Below, in pieces: positions 51,549 through 63,963 of a DNA stretch of 64,000 bases. The stretch is taken from assembly GCA_964035545.1 (NCBI GenBank), contig OZ037768.1, forward strand, positions 22,167,319 through 22,231,318, given 5' to 3'. The notes below the pieces were generated by a model. It was given only the letters and a program-made list of their open reading frames with translations. It was not told where the DNA came from and made no database searches. Positions within the stretch are counted from its first letter, which is position 1. Every line of letters begins with the position of its first letter. This DNA comes from Bugula neritina (lineage: Eukaryota; Animalia; Bryozoa). A program made the position numbers and the translations under genes.

Positions 51549-53377
51549 GGCAATACAAATTAAAATTTATATTACTTAAATTTTTAAATATACCAGTTAT
51601 ATTTTCACTTGGATGAGAAGATAATACCTTTTTATCATCCATTTTAGTTTGAATACCAGTATATTAAGAATTTTCACTTACTCTGCCAAAACATGCATTC
51701 TTGTATTATATTGGCTACACCTGCTTTATGGAAACAGATATCACAAAATTGAAACTTTGTATTAGCCTTTGGCACCATGCAGCCTACATTCAATAGCTCT
51801 TACAAATAAAATGATATCCAGGCACTGAGGCTACACCTTTCAATTATTTGTAAAGGGAAAAGTTTGTTTTAATTATGTAAGTTCAGCCAAAAATCATTTG
51901 AAAAGACAAATTGTGATGAATTGTTTATATTAAAACATCTGTAAGCATACGAGGAACTAAAAGATGTAGAAAAGCTAAAATATTATATGCGTAGGATGCA
52001 CACAGGGAACTTTAATAAATGTGTAGGCATATATATACAAGGAACTAAACGGAGAATGTTATACATTTAATACTTTTGTATTTTCCATTTGACATTTGAA
52101 ATAACATTTGATATTCTCTTGTACATCATTGTGAATGAGCTAATATAGATATATAAATGATCTAAGATAATTTATTTTAAATGCAATTACAAAAGTACCA
52201 ATCACAACTGATTATTTAATTAGCTGCAATACATAACACACACATTTTGATTATTCATATTTCATTCGCTAAATTATACAATAACCGCATATTATGCTGT
52301 TGTAATGTAAGTTTCATTATAAAGTAATTTCATATATATTAAGATTCATGTTTGCCTGTGGAAGCATAATTTATGCTTCTATGGCAACTGAACTAGCCAA
52401 CAATATTTGAAAATATTAAAGAATTAAAAAAAGTATTTTAATATTTTAGTAATGAGACATTTGATGATGTATGCACCTATTTTTATATATTACAAGAAAA
52501 AGGTGTGTCAGCCAATAAGCGCTGATGGTGGACTACAAAGAAGAAGAGAATTGTATAACTTCTTGATGCTAGTTACGAGATAGATCACTGCCATATTGGC
52601 TAGGAGGTTAGCGTGAACAGAAAGTTTGCATATTACTTGCTTAAGAATGTTGATTTCTAATCAGTTTTAATTTCTAACTTTTCATTTTATATTGTTTGTG
52701 TTGTTCGAACATTCTTTTACTACATATAACTGGGCCCATACTTTATGATGAAATTCCTAGATTGCTCTTCATACGTCTTCATTATTTTTATAACTTACTT
52801 TGCAAAACTTATATCTGTATCTTATGATAACCCTGGCCAAGGTAGGCTTAAAATAAACGAAACCTAACTATAAATATTACATATCTCTATGCTGCAGGTT
52901 GCATAGGTTTAAACATACACCCTCCTATTGTTAATATAGATAATGGGTATTATTAGAGGTTAATTGAAAACACAAGAAAAACTAGCCTTTATACTGCTTA
53001 CAAAATAATATTTCGATAGAGTTTTATGGTATATATAATGCTTGTTTCAACCAGGGTTGAAAGCTTGCATGGTTTGTTATGCTACACAGAGCTTGTGAAA
53101 ACACTGTCTATTGCAACACACCTCAATTTCTACCCAAACAATAATACGTTCTATATATTTTTTCTCTGGGTAACATATTATTAGCAAACGGATATCCTTT
53201 TCTCAACAACAAGATTGGTTAATGAGTTAAGACGAAGATTTCCAAGTTATAGAAATATGATAGGAGATATTATGCTGTGGTGGCTCTGCCCTCTTATCGC
53301 ACAGATAAGCACAAAGTGACATGATCACAGTGTTTATTCTGCTCCGTACATTGGAATTTGATCTGATAACATGTGCA

Positions 53378-53385
53378 TATATAAA
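53378..53385 (+). promoter_or_regulatory. Probable TATA box of the ferritin gene
   Basis: TATATAAA followed by a GC-richer segment, ~110 nt upstream of the ATG at 53487. Confidence 0.55.
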
Positions 53386-53486
53386 GATGCCAGCGACCAG
53401 CCACTGTAACCTTCTGAACCTTGGATATAAGACAAACTCCTTTGCTTTTAGTCATTTCTTCTAAAGCTCGTCAACAGCATAGCATC

Positions 53487-56400
53487 ATGCTGGCTAAGAT
53501 TATTGTTTTCAGCGTCTTTGCTTTGGCAGCCTTGGGTATGTTTCATACGAGTATTTGTCTTTTTTTACAAATTTAATTTCTTTAATAACAAGCTGCACCA
53601 AAATATGAAATTTAATCTTAGGTTGTTTTTTTTGGACTTTTTTCAATATTTTGATTTTCATATTTTTTTAATCTTCGTAGACCAAACTCAGCCTCAAGTC
53701 ATGACTAAGTAGTTAATAGCGTGACTGAAATTTAGAATTATTATAGTATTGAGTGACAAGGCATAACATGCATCGTGTAAATTATCCAATGATGTTAAAC
53801 ATAATATATACATTATACACAGTACTCTTGGTGGTGATATTATATTAATTTTTTTTAATGGAGTTGCTGTGGTCTAGTGGTTAGAGCAATGGCCTAGTAA
53901 ACACTAGGTCATAGGTTCGAACTCCAATAAAGGCCATTGGTAGTGTCAGGAGGAGCAACTTTAAAACCAGTTTTCGCCGGGGATTGATACTTTAAACAAA
54001 TGTGGGTTATTACATCATTTTATTTAGTGACTTGAAGATGGTAGGTTTGCATGTTACGATAAAATTTTCAAAGCTCTAGACTTAGATCAGTGCATGGGGC
54101 AAGAACCCAATAAATCGCCATAGAGTTGACATGAAATTTAGGCTAAGTTTCATGCCACATTTTTAGGCCTTGAGCTAAAGGTTTTGGCTTTATTTAAATC
54201 ACCAGAGCTACCAGCTGTCCCATTAAAGCACTTGTATAGCATTCAATTTGATTGTCTTGGAAAATATTTTCTCTATTTCTTATATATACTTTTCACGGAA
54301 TATAAATTATGGTAAATTCATTAGCTTTTATTAATATTAGGATAGTGTTAACAAGAAGAATTGAGAAGAATTGAATTATTTGCTGTAAATTTTTCTTAGC
54401 TGTAGTTCAATTATTGAAATAACTCAAACTAAAATTATAAGGAGGGGGGGGGGGTTTACTAACCTGTAAAAATATATTATTAATTTGAATAGATACTACA
54501 CACTAGAAACAAGCTGAATTTTAAAAAAGTTTCAAGGCCTAAACTTACTTTTCAGATTTTTACTGAATATTCCAGAACAAATCTTTTTTTCAGCTCAGTG
54601 CAAGTTGAGTTGCCAGCTGCTAATTAAACTTATAATGACTTCTATTATTTTTAGAATGACGAAAAACATCTCCCCTCTATTTATGTAACTTTTTTTTGTA
54701 TATTATTTTGAAAGTTCACTGCTCTGTCATGACTGTTGCATAACTTTCAACTGTTTATATTGTTTATACATTTTGGTGTAGCTTGTATGACTCATGCACT
54801 TGCTCTAGCTCTAGCACCCATTCTGCTATATCTTAGCCAGTAATATGCTAGTTTGCAATTTCTTAGCCAATAGTAGGCTAGCTTTCTTCATCTTAGCCAA
54901 TAACATGCCAGCTTTTTCATGCGCACAGAGGAAGAGGCTTGGGAGTCATCTATAGAATTAGCTGCATATGGGTCAAGTATTTCTCTCAACATTAATGGAC
55001 TAAACCCTGCTAGCAATAACCTACATAACAATGGTAGTTGTCACCCCATGTAAATTGACTGTATATAAATGTAAAAGAAGTTGTCTTTTCATGTTAAATT
55101 AGTTGCCTGATACTTGATTAACGTTTAAAGAGGTTTTAGCTACATTTTGTATTATTCTTACATGTTTAAAGGTTAAAGAAAACATTGAAATAGAATAAAT
55201 TTACTTGTCCCAAATGCTTTTTTACAATTTTATATGTTCTTTTAATTTTTGTGATTCATGCTACCCATTCTTATCATATTGTTGCTTTGTGCATTTGAAT
55301 TTTCTATAAAGATTCTTTAGAAACAAACAAGAGCCAGTGATGAAGTTGTGTTGGCACATGCTCATAGCTGAAATTAACTTACTAACTTACTAACCCAGTA
55401 AATAATTTGATAAAATTGCAGAAAATGCATAATGGTTTGCCTTGAATGCAGTTTTAGCGCAAGACCTACCATTGGATGACTGTGCCAATATCGACTCGGA
55501 TATTTGCCAGAACTTCTCGGAGACAAGACAGAATGCGATCAACAACCAGATTAACACTGAGTTGGAGGCAAGCTATGTCTATATGGCTATGGGGGCTTAC
55601 TTTAGCAGGTAATTAGAGCTCCCATAAACTCGGACTAGGTGTGTAGGAAACTTAACTAAGGATGTCTGTGTCTTCAATAAAGTTTTTCTTTGACTTAAAA
55701 TTACTTCCTGGGTCCACATAACTTTGGAGCTATAAGTGTTTTGTTATAAAACTTTATACATGTAAGTATAATATATAATCATGATTAAATTAAGACAATA
55801 TAAAGTGTGCCACTATATATTATAAAACGGATTATAGAAGATTGAATTTAAATTGCATTATATAATAAATATTAAACATATATTATATAATGAATAATAC
55901 ATATTATATAATGAATAATATATATTATATAATGAATGATATATATTGTATAAAATATTATATAAAAATATTACATATCATATAATATATATATTATATA
56001 AATGTTCAGCTCCCAAAAAAGCCATTAACATGTTCAAAAACTTTGAAGGTCGTTCCTCTATTGAGAATGCACAACTCCAAACTTGAAATAACTTGTCAGC
56101 AAAAACAGCATGAATTACCATCTGTATATTATTATTCTACATTATATCAGAAGTATAAAGACATTCTATGTATTAACACTGTGTAACTCACCCTATTATA
56201 TTCCTGTACTAGATGGTATATGCACACCTGATATATAGCATATGGCATTGCATATAACCCACTCCATTATATGCATATATATAACTACATAACATATGCA
56301 CACCTGATATATACCATTGCATATAACTCAATCTATTATATGCATATATATAACTACATAATATATGCAGACCTGATATATAGCATTGTATATGCAGAGA

Positions 56401-57539
56401 TGATCCAAACCTCATGGGATTCAGCAAGTTCTTCTATGAAGCGTCTGGTGAGGAGAGAGAGCATGCTCTTAAGCTGATTGAGTACCAGAACATGAGGGGA
56501 GGGAAGGTTCATCTCTCCACTGTGCCGGTATGATACATTATAGTCTCATACACACCACATACAGCTAAATATATACTAGCTAGTATCACCAACACACTGT
56601 GTCCTCATGCTTACTATTTGAATGAATATTTAGACGATTATATTGCTACCAGTTTAAACCAATGAAACAATTCTTATACTCAGCAGAATCTTATGTTAAG
56701 TTACAAATATAAAACATATTAATAAACTCGAAAGAATTAAAAATAATGCTGTAGAGAACTAGGAGTTGGTTAGAAACTAGTGAATAATATACTTATAGGC
56801 ACCCAACACACAAGAGTGGGATAATGGCCGAGCAGCTATGGTAGAGGCTCTGGCACTTGAGAAGAAAGTGAATGCTGCCTTACTACGTCTGCATAAGGCA
56901 GCTGAAGACGACCCTCAGGTAAAACATGTCTATTAGTCACTCAGCATAGCCAGTCACTGCATTCAGCTAAATACTGAATACAGCCTATTGAACTCTCATA
57001 CCTAGTACAGTATTTTTTATCTAAAGTACATATTTTTTTAAAATAATGGACCAGTCATGTAGCAGCAAAAGTTGTAGTATTTAAAACAGGCTGTACAAAA
57101 AGTATTTGTCATCAGGGTTGTTGATACATAAATCAGAAGTTGTATATTTGCATAGATTATGTTGAAGATGGCACGGAACGGCGTTGAAATGCCAGTGAAA
57201 TCAACATTTTTTAAAACATATATTGGTAAAATTGATTTGTAGATTTCAAAAGTAGCATAAGTTAATAAATATAAAGTAATATGAATTGATAAAAGCTGTA
57301 TGGTGATAGAAACTACCAAAGCTCGCAAGGTAAGGCAATGCAAGCGCTCCTGGTTGTTTAGTAGAAAATATAGTTTATAACAAATTGATTTACAGATGCA
57401 AGATTTCCTGGAAGCAAACTACCTGGATGAACAAGTCAAATCTATCAGACAGCTGGGTGGAATTGTTAACCAGCTTACGAAGGTGAGGGAGACAAATCCT
57501 GGACTAGGAGAGCACATATACGATAAGGAACTCCAGTAA
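53487..57539 (+). CDS. Secreted (signal-peptide) ferritin with H-type ferroxidase centre, 199 aa, 5 exons
   Basis: Exons 53487-53535, 55452-55608, 56398-56527, 56799-56918, 57396-57539 (600 nt). [19 protein letters not shown] signal-like peptide; [62 protein letters not shown]. Confidence 0.95.
53860..53960 (+). mobile_element. SINE family A, 3'-truncated copy 6 in ferritin intron 1
   Basis: GGAGTTGCTGTGGTCTAGTGGTTAGAGC..GGTTCGAACTCC..AAGGCCATTGGTAGTGTCAGGAGGAGCA. Confidence 0.78.
56213..56397. repeat. ~70-bp tandem duplication x2.5 ending at the ferritin exon-3 acceptor
   Basis: Repeated TATGCA(C/G)ACCTGATATATA..CATTG..TTATATGCATATATATAACTACATAA; the last partial unit is TATGCAG|AGATGAT. 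Confidence 0.85.
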
Positions 57540-57781
57540 ATACCTCAAGAGATCCAGCAGTAAAGTCAACAACTTGGCTGTTCAAGTACAAGCTTCAGAA
57601 AATTAAATAAAGAAAACAGCGATACGACTGAAACGTCAATATATCGAATATTCCCAATCTAATCTTTAAAGTGCTTAAATATTTAGAAATATTTAAATGA
57701 TGTAACTCTTAACTAACACTAAAACGCTAACCATCACAGATGCACCATATTGCTATCTATTATTGTTATTTGTTTCTTTTT

Positions 57782-57851
57782 AATAAACTGGAGATCTTTA
57801 TTTCTCTACTACTATACTTTTATTAAATGTTGGTGAATAAAAAGCTTTATT
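57782..57851. terminator. Interleaved polyadenylation signals for convergent ferritin (+) and eIF4H (-)
   Basis: AATAAA at 57782 and 57836 (+); TTTATT at 57797, 57818 and 57846 (AATAAA on -). Confidence 0.55.
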
Positions 57852-58760
57852 TAAAATAACGCAGACATTAGTGCATTCAATGGCTCAATGAGCATTAGGC
57901 CAGAAGCCACCAGTAACGAATTCAACACATCCGGAGAAATAAGGCACTGGAAAAGTTAAATATGTTGTATTTACAATAGATAAAGAAAAGTTGCAAAATT
58001 GTGTAGCACATAGAAATATCTGTACAATAATTTGCTTTTCTTCAGCTATGAGAGTATGATAACATTTTAAAACAATACGATGAGAATACGCAATCAGAGT
58101 GATCACGAACAGGTACCACTCTATCTGCAGTATTCCAGTCAATCCAATAACTTCAACTTCAGCCCCATTGGCGAATCCATCATTACCATTTTCAACATCA
58201 TCAACAAAATCATTATAAAATTTAAAAGAGTAGTCATTATGTATTTCATATACCCGGGCAGCTCTACAGAACCTGTAAGAGAGACATCACCTATGAGCTA
58301 AAAGTGCACTAGTAGTTGACAGCAATAGCTTGTAGCATACATAGTATAGTACAGTAATACGGTACAATAGCATGCTAATAGTAGTCTGCTAAATTACCAG
58401 CGTACTGATAGGCTGATAATAATATAGAATACAGAGCATAATAATCTAATTAACATTGCAAATGAGAGTGCTAAGAGTTACCTCCACCTGAGAGAGAGCC
58501 GACAATTCTGCATAATACTCAATTACTGTGACACAAGAGAACATTAGTGGGAAACTGGCGTTACTTTGAGTTTTGGAGGTAAGAAATGTGTTTACATTAC
58601 TGAACAAACAACTCCCACTCAATGCTGCCACTAGTAGCGGGGGGGGGGGGGGGGATTGAAAGACAGGTCTGTAAGCAGCACACATCTAATTTTAGTTGAA
58701 AATTTTGCAAAACTGCGTACGTGAAAGAGGGGATATCTGTAGTAGCCGAGAGGCTGCTGT

Positions 58761-61700
58761 CTATTCCACACTCTCGCTGACATTTCTACTTCGTGATGCA
58801 CCCTCCGCTGCCGGCGCGAAATCTTCAGGTTGAGCTTCTCGGGGCTTTCCCGCGCCGAATATTGAGACGTTCCTCATCTGATTGGTTACTCCGTCCACTT
58901 TACTTTTCTCCTCGACGGGCTTAGTTCTCGGCAGCAGATTCAGTCTGGGCCTGGCAGCAGCTGATTCTATAGCATATACAATACTATAGAGTATACTATA
59001 GATATAGTATAGAGTGTATAGAGATATAGTACAGAGTGTATAGAGATATAGTACAGAGTGTATAGAGATATAGTATAGAGTGTATAGAGATATAGTATAG
59101 AGTGTATAGAGATATACTATAGAGTATACTATAGACATAGTAGAGTGTATAGAGATATAGTACAGAGTGTATAGAGATATAGTACAGAGTGTATAGAGAT
59201 ATAGTATAGAGTGTAGGCCTATAGAGATATAGTATATAGAGATATACTATAGAGTATACTATAGACATAGTAGAGTGTATAGAGATATAGTATAGGGTGT
59301 ATCAGTTGATAGAGTTTACCTGGAGAAGGTTCCCTCAACTGCTCTCTGTCATTGTAGGAGTCCCTACGGGGTCGTCTGTTGTACCCAAAGTCGTCCCCTC
59401 GGCGACCTCCCCTGTCGTATCCACCCCTGTCGTATCCACCCCTGTCGTATCCACCCCTGTCTCCATAACCATCATTCTGTCTGTATCCACCGCCACCACC
59501 GCCGCGGTGACCACCACCTTGAATTATATTAACAAGTGTAAACAGCCAGAAAGATTTATATATGATTGACATCCATTCTCACTAACTCCAGGGTCCAAAG
59601 TGATAAGACTGTAACTTCAGTTCAGAGCAGCAATAAATGTAATACATAAACAACTTGAATACAACATATTAGCCGCTTGTTATCAACTCACAGGTCAATT
59701 ATTAAGACTACACGATAAAGAGCCTTGTACAGCTGCCACCACCGTACGAGTGACCGTAACACACGGCAGGTCAATCATTTTAGTAACAGGAAATGTCTTA
59801 CCCCTGCGATCATAATTGTCTCTTCCATTCTGATCAAAACCTCCTCGGCCCCCTCTTCCGCCGCCGAATCCACCCCCTCGGGGATTATCAAACCCTCCCC
59901 TTCCACCTCGACCTCTTCCCCGGTCATTTCCCCGCCTGTCCTCTGCGATGTCCACTCGAATACTTTTATGCTCAAATAGCTGCAGAAGATAAGAGCCAGC
60001 TAAGTCACAGGTGTTGGCGTACAGCACATACATTATCACACACAACATTACAGGTCACTGCTTTATCACAATGAGTGTGAGGGGAATTCCCTTAGCATCC
60101 ACTGGAAACCTTTTGCAAATAAAGGCCAATGCACTGCCTCATGCAACTGGATACTGTCAGCTCTGTAAGTTGACTGCCCGAGTGTAGGCATTGGTCATTA
60201 GCAGGATACAATAATTACTCAAGAGTTGTCTTACTAATACTAGATTTAGTGGGAATCCATCAGCAGACAGCCCTGCACACGGAGAGAGAGAATACAGAGA
60301 AAGCTACTTACAGCTCCATCAAATTCCAGGGCATCTCTGAGCGACTCGGCATCACCAAACTCTACGTACGCATAACCTGCAAGTAGCAACAATATAGATT
60401 ATAGACTGAGATCCAACCAAGTAGCAACAATATAGATTATAGACTGAGATCCAACCAAGGCAGGCACAGACTTCTCAACTAACACTTCATCAACTTTGTG
60501 TACGGTGTGCTTTTAACCACCCTTTGAAGATATTGTTTCGTTATCTTACCTTTAATCATGCACAGTGCATTGAAAGTACCACAGTTTACTGATAAGCATC
60601 TAGCCTTTAATCTTACTATATATTAGGGTTGGTATGCAGATGCCTCCCCCCCATAGCTAATATCTGTACATGTTATATTAGAATTCTTGTGTCCTCAAAG
60701 TACACTCACCTTTAAACTCATCTGTTTCCCGATCACGTACCAATCGCACATTAGATATCTGTAACACATCATTCAGTGATACTCAACCAAGTCAAAAGGA
60801 GAGCATAAATTACCAATCAGCTACCCTACAGTCAACATTAGAAGTTTTTTTTTCAAAACTGATGACTTAAATTACTCACTTTATATTAATTTAAATCTTC
60901 ACAATATTTACACCTCATTGAGATATTGCACATAACATAAAATAAATAAACATATCACATACTTTTAAACTTTCAAAGATCATTTCAATATCCTTTTGCA
61001 CAAGTCCACCTGGTAAATTCCCGACATATGCTTTATATGGGGGTTCAGTAGGAAAGGGCTTTTCTCGTCTACCACCATATCCACCACCTCGGCTATAAAA
61101 GCATTCATTTATGACAAATCAATATTACAACTAATAAAGAGTGTTGGAGTTCTGTTGAAGAAATGCTGCATAACTTTATCATCTCAGGCCTGTTGGTAAA
61201 TTCTATACATCTAGCATTTTCACTTGTGAATTATCAAAAAATTCTACAGTAAATGTAAAATATCAGTTGACATTTGAGTAACAACTTGTCATTGAAATTA
61301 ATATTTAAACCTAAATTTTCACATTATCACGATAAAGATGTTTCAATTATTGGCATGGTTACGAAAAACATAAAAAATATATTTGTATAGCATAAATTTA
61401 CCATTTTTGGAAACTAAAATTCAAGCAAAAGCTTGCAATATTAAAAATTCAGTTAGATATTACTAATCAGAAAAATCAACAACTCAAATGTGAATGCTGG
61501 TTACAAATATTTTTACTAAAATGCAAATTGAACGGTTAAAATCTTTAGGCTTAACTTTCTTGATTAAACATGACGAAGTTTTTCATTTTGTTATGAAAAA
61601 ATTTGAATGTTTAGACAAAAAACTTATTATGCCAGGTTGACAAGCACCCTTAATAGCTTTTCCGGATTAGATTTAATAATATCTAAGTTCAATTTTATCA

Positions 61701-62469
61701 GTATGACTTTGAACTATGAGTGATTGTGAGCAGAACCATAAGTATGTGAATAATTGATTATCATTTTCACGAATTTGTGCCTTAGTTTATGAGATTAGAC
61801 TAAAAGTCAAAATGAAGCTGACAGTGTGATTGTAGCTAAATCTAAAATCAAAATATACTTTAGATTATAATTAATAAATAGAATTAGTATAAATATAAAA
61901 ATAAATACTAATAATGACTAATATAATTATAACAAATTTACAATATCTAAAGACTATTACTATAAGTATAACTTTAAGAGTTAGACTTAAAGTTAATAAG
62001 ATTAAGTGGGTATAGACTATCAGTTATCACTATGGAGTCTAAATTAAATATTCACTTTTACTTTTAGTGATTTACTTTGACTTCGAGTATGTGAACTTCA
62101 ACTTCAAGTTTAAAGTCAAACTAAGTCCTCTAACTTAGTATCAGACTCTGAATGACACTTACAGTCACACTCACAATGTGACTGTCATTCACGGTGAGTT
62201 ATTCACCTTCGGAGTCACACTCAATCTCAGAGTTGAGAGTGAGTCACCGTCAGTCTCAGTCTGAGTCAGTGTCGCTGAGAGTGAGTCAAACTCAAATTGA
62301 TATTCGGAGGTCGAATTAGCTGACAACATCGCAAATGTAACTGTTTTGTAACAATACACCATCATTAGCATTTGATAAATCTAGCTTACCGATTGTCATT
62401 GCCACCACGACGACCATTAAAATCCTGGCCATGTGAATAATTATTGAAGCTATCTCGATAATCTGCCAT
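58761..62469 (-). CDS. EIF4H: Eukaryotic translation initiation factor 4H, ~301 aa, 7 exons
   Basis: Exons 62469-62390, 61092-60963, 60758-60710, 60376-60312, 59979-59802, 59517-59320, 58966-58761 (906 nt, in frame). MADY.. start, [14 protein letters not shown] (RNP2), [20 protein letters not shown] (RNP1), [33 protein letters not shown]. Confidence 0.93.
58967..59300. repeat. ~22-bp minisatellite filling eIF4H intron 6
   Basis: Unit tatagagatatagtayagagtg with interspersed tactatagagtatactatag; occupies nearly the whole 353-nt intron. Confidence 0.95.
60380..60459. repeat. Perfect 38-bp tandem duplication abutting the eIF4H exon-4 acceptor
   Basis: caagtagcaacaatatagattatagactgagatccaac x2 (60380-60417, 60418-60455). 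Confidence 0.95.
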
Positions 62470-62800
62470 GTTGAAGTTTCCAGGTTGCGCGCAAGCGCGA
62501 TAATAAACTCACGGCGAGTCAATGTCGTCCAGCGTTTAAAGTTTAGCCTGCAAATGTTAAAATATCCCGCGTGTAAGCTTACGGCTATTATAACTTATAA
62601 AGTTAGCACCGTTAATAGAGCTATATGGCATTTATAGAACTCAATTGAGTATTATCAACAAATATAAAATTCCGCTTACAGCAGCACCTAGTTGGCAGTC
62701 ACTGAATGCAATAATTGGAGAGAGAGTTCAAGTTAGTTAATACAACCAACCAATCACTGAACTAGAAATTATATCTTTTTAATTCACTAAACTGGTAAAG
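62470..62800. promoter_or_regulatory. Probable bidirectional promoter region eIF4H / MYBBP1A-like
   Basis: Locally CpG-rich; CCAAT at ~62750; lies between two divergent starts; candidate + strand UTR donor CTG|GTAAAG near 62793. Confidence 0.45.
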
Positions 62801-63774
62801 GTCATAATATTTCCAAAATATTTTTTTTAGTTCAGTGTATACAACCATTGAACTATAACTATAGTTTCAGTTCAGTGTATACATAATACAACTATGTATA
62901 TACGAATACCGTAGAGGTATTCACCCCCAGCTTGGCGCTGCTTCTAATAATAGTGATCATTATAATGCCGTTCACGTGTTATAGGTTAAAGCGTAGAAAT
63001 AGCCATAGGTGTCGATTGTTGTCAGTATAACTATTCATATTGTACTCTATTAGTATTAGTATTAGTATTAAATTTACTATAACTTTAACTATAAGTATAC
63101 ATTTACATTAGCTGATGGTAGTATTAATACCAATACTCATACTCAAAGTTAAAGTCAATCTCAAACGTGTGAAAGTCCATATGCATTATGATTATCATTA
63201 TGATTATGATTATGTCTGAATTATGATTATCATTATCATTATGAGTCACTCATTATTATTATGATAATGATTATTATTATCATATTCGGCTAGTGAATGT
63301 TATGCCCATAATGATACTGATTACATTTAATGATTTATGTTTACTGATTAGCCTTAGGCTTAGCATTATCATTATGATTATCAGTATCAGTATGGTTATT
63401 AATAAAGTTAGTACTTATAGTAATATTTATATACTAATAATATTTATATTCAATTTCATATTGATATTCATTTTGAATAATTCATTAAATGATTAATTGT
63501 GTCTTGTGATATAATCATAATGACTTTCCTACAGTATGATATTATAATTATTTATAATACTCAATATTTTTCCAAGTGCGGTATTGCTATCGATGTTGAT
63601 TTTAATTCTGCTCGACGTGTGTTGGAAATTAACTTATAATATTAATACTGATAGCACTAATTCTATTGCTAAATATAAAATAGTAAATATTTTAGGATTT
63701 GTTTAGTGAAACCCTACTGTCTAATATGTAAATAGCTTATATGTAAGTATGCAATGTGAATGTTTTAGTGGAAA

Positions 63775-63963
63775 ATGCAATTGAAAAGCTTAGAGACTGA
63801 AAAAGAAGCTGAAAATAAAGGCAAAAGTATACCGATGAGCTTAAGTGTCAAACATAACATATCTCAATCCCAATCACTACTGGATCTCTTTTGGAAACTT
63901 GCTGTAACAGATGAAGAAGAGAGAATTAATGCAGCCACACAGTTGGTGGCCACTTTAAAAAAA
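63775..63963 (+). CDS. MYBBP1A: First coding exon of a Myb-binding protein 1A / Pol5-like nucleolar protein (gene continues beyond the window)
   Basis: SQSLLDLFWKLAVTDEEERINAATQLVATLK resembles the conserved MYBBP1A N-terminal motif (FLDFFWDIA...R.AA...L); acceptor TTTTAG| just before the ATG; donor AAA|GTAAC at 63963. Confidence 0.75.

Noticed and set aside
53320-53340. CAGTGT as a ferritin iron-responsive element loop
   Set aside because: Lies upstream of the TATA box and lacks the 5-bp upper stem with a C bulge.
58618-58634. Poly-G run as a functional G-quadruplex
   Set aside because: A single homopolymer that reads as poly-C in the eIF4H 3' UTR; no further support.
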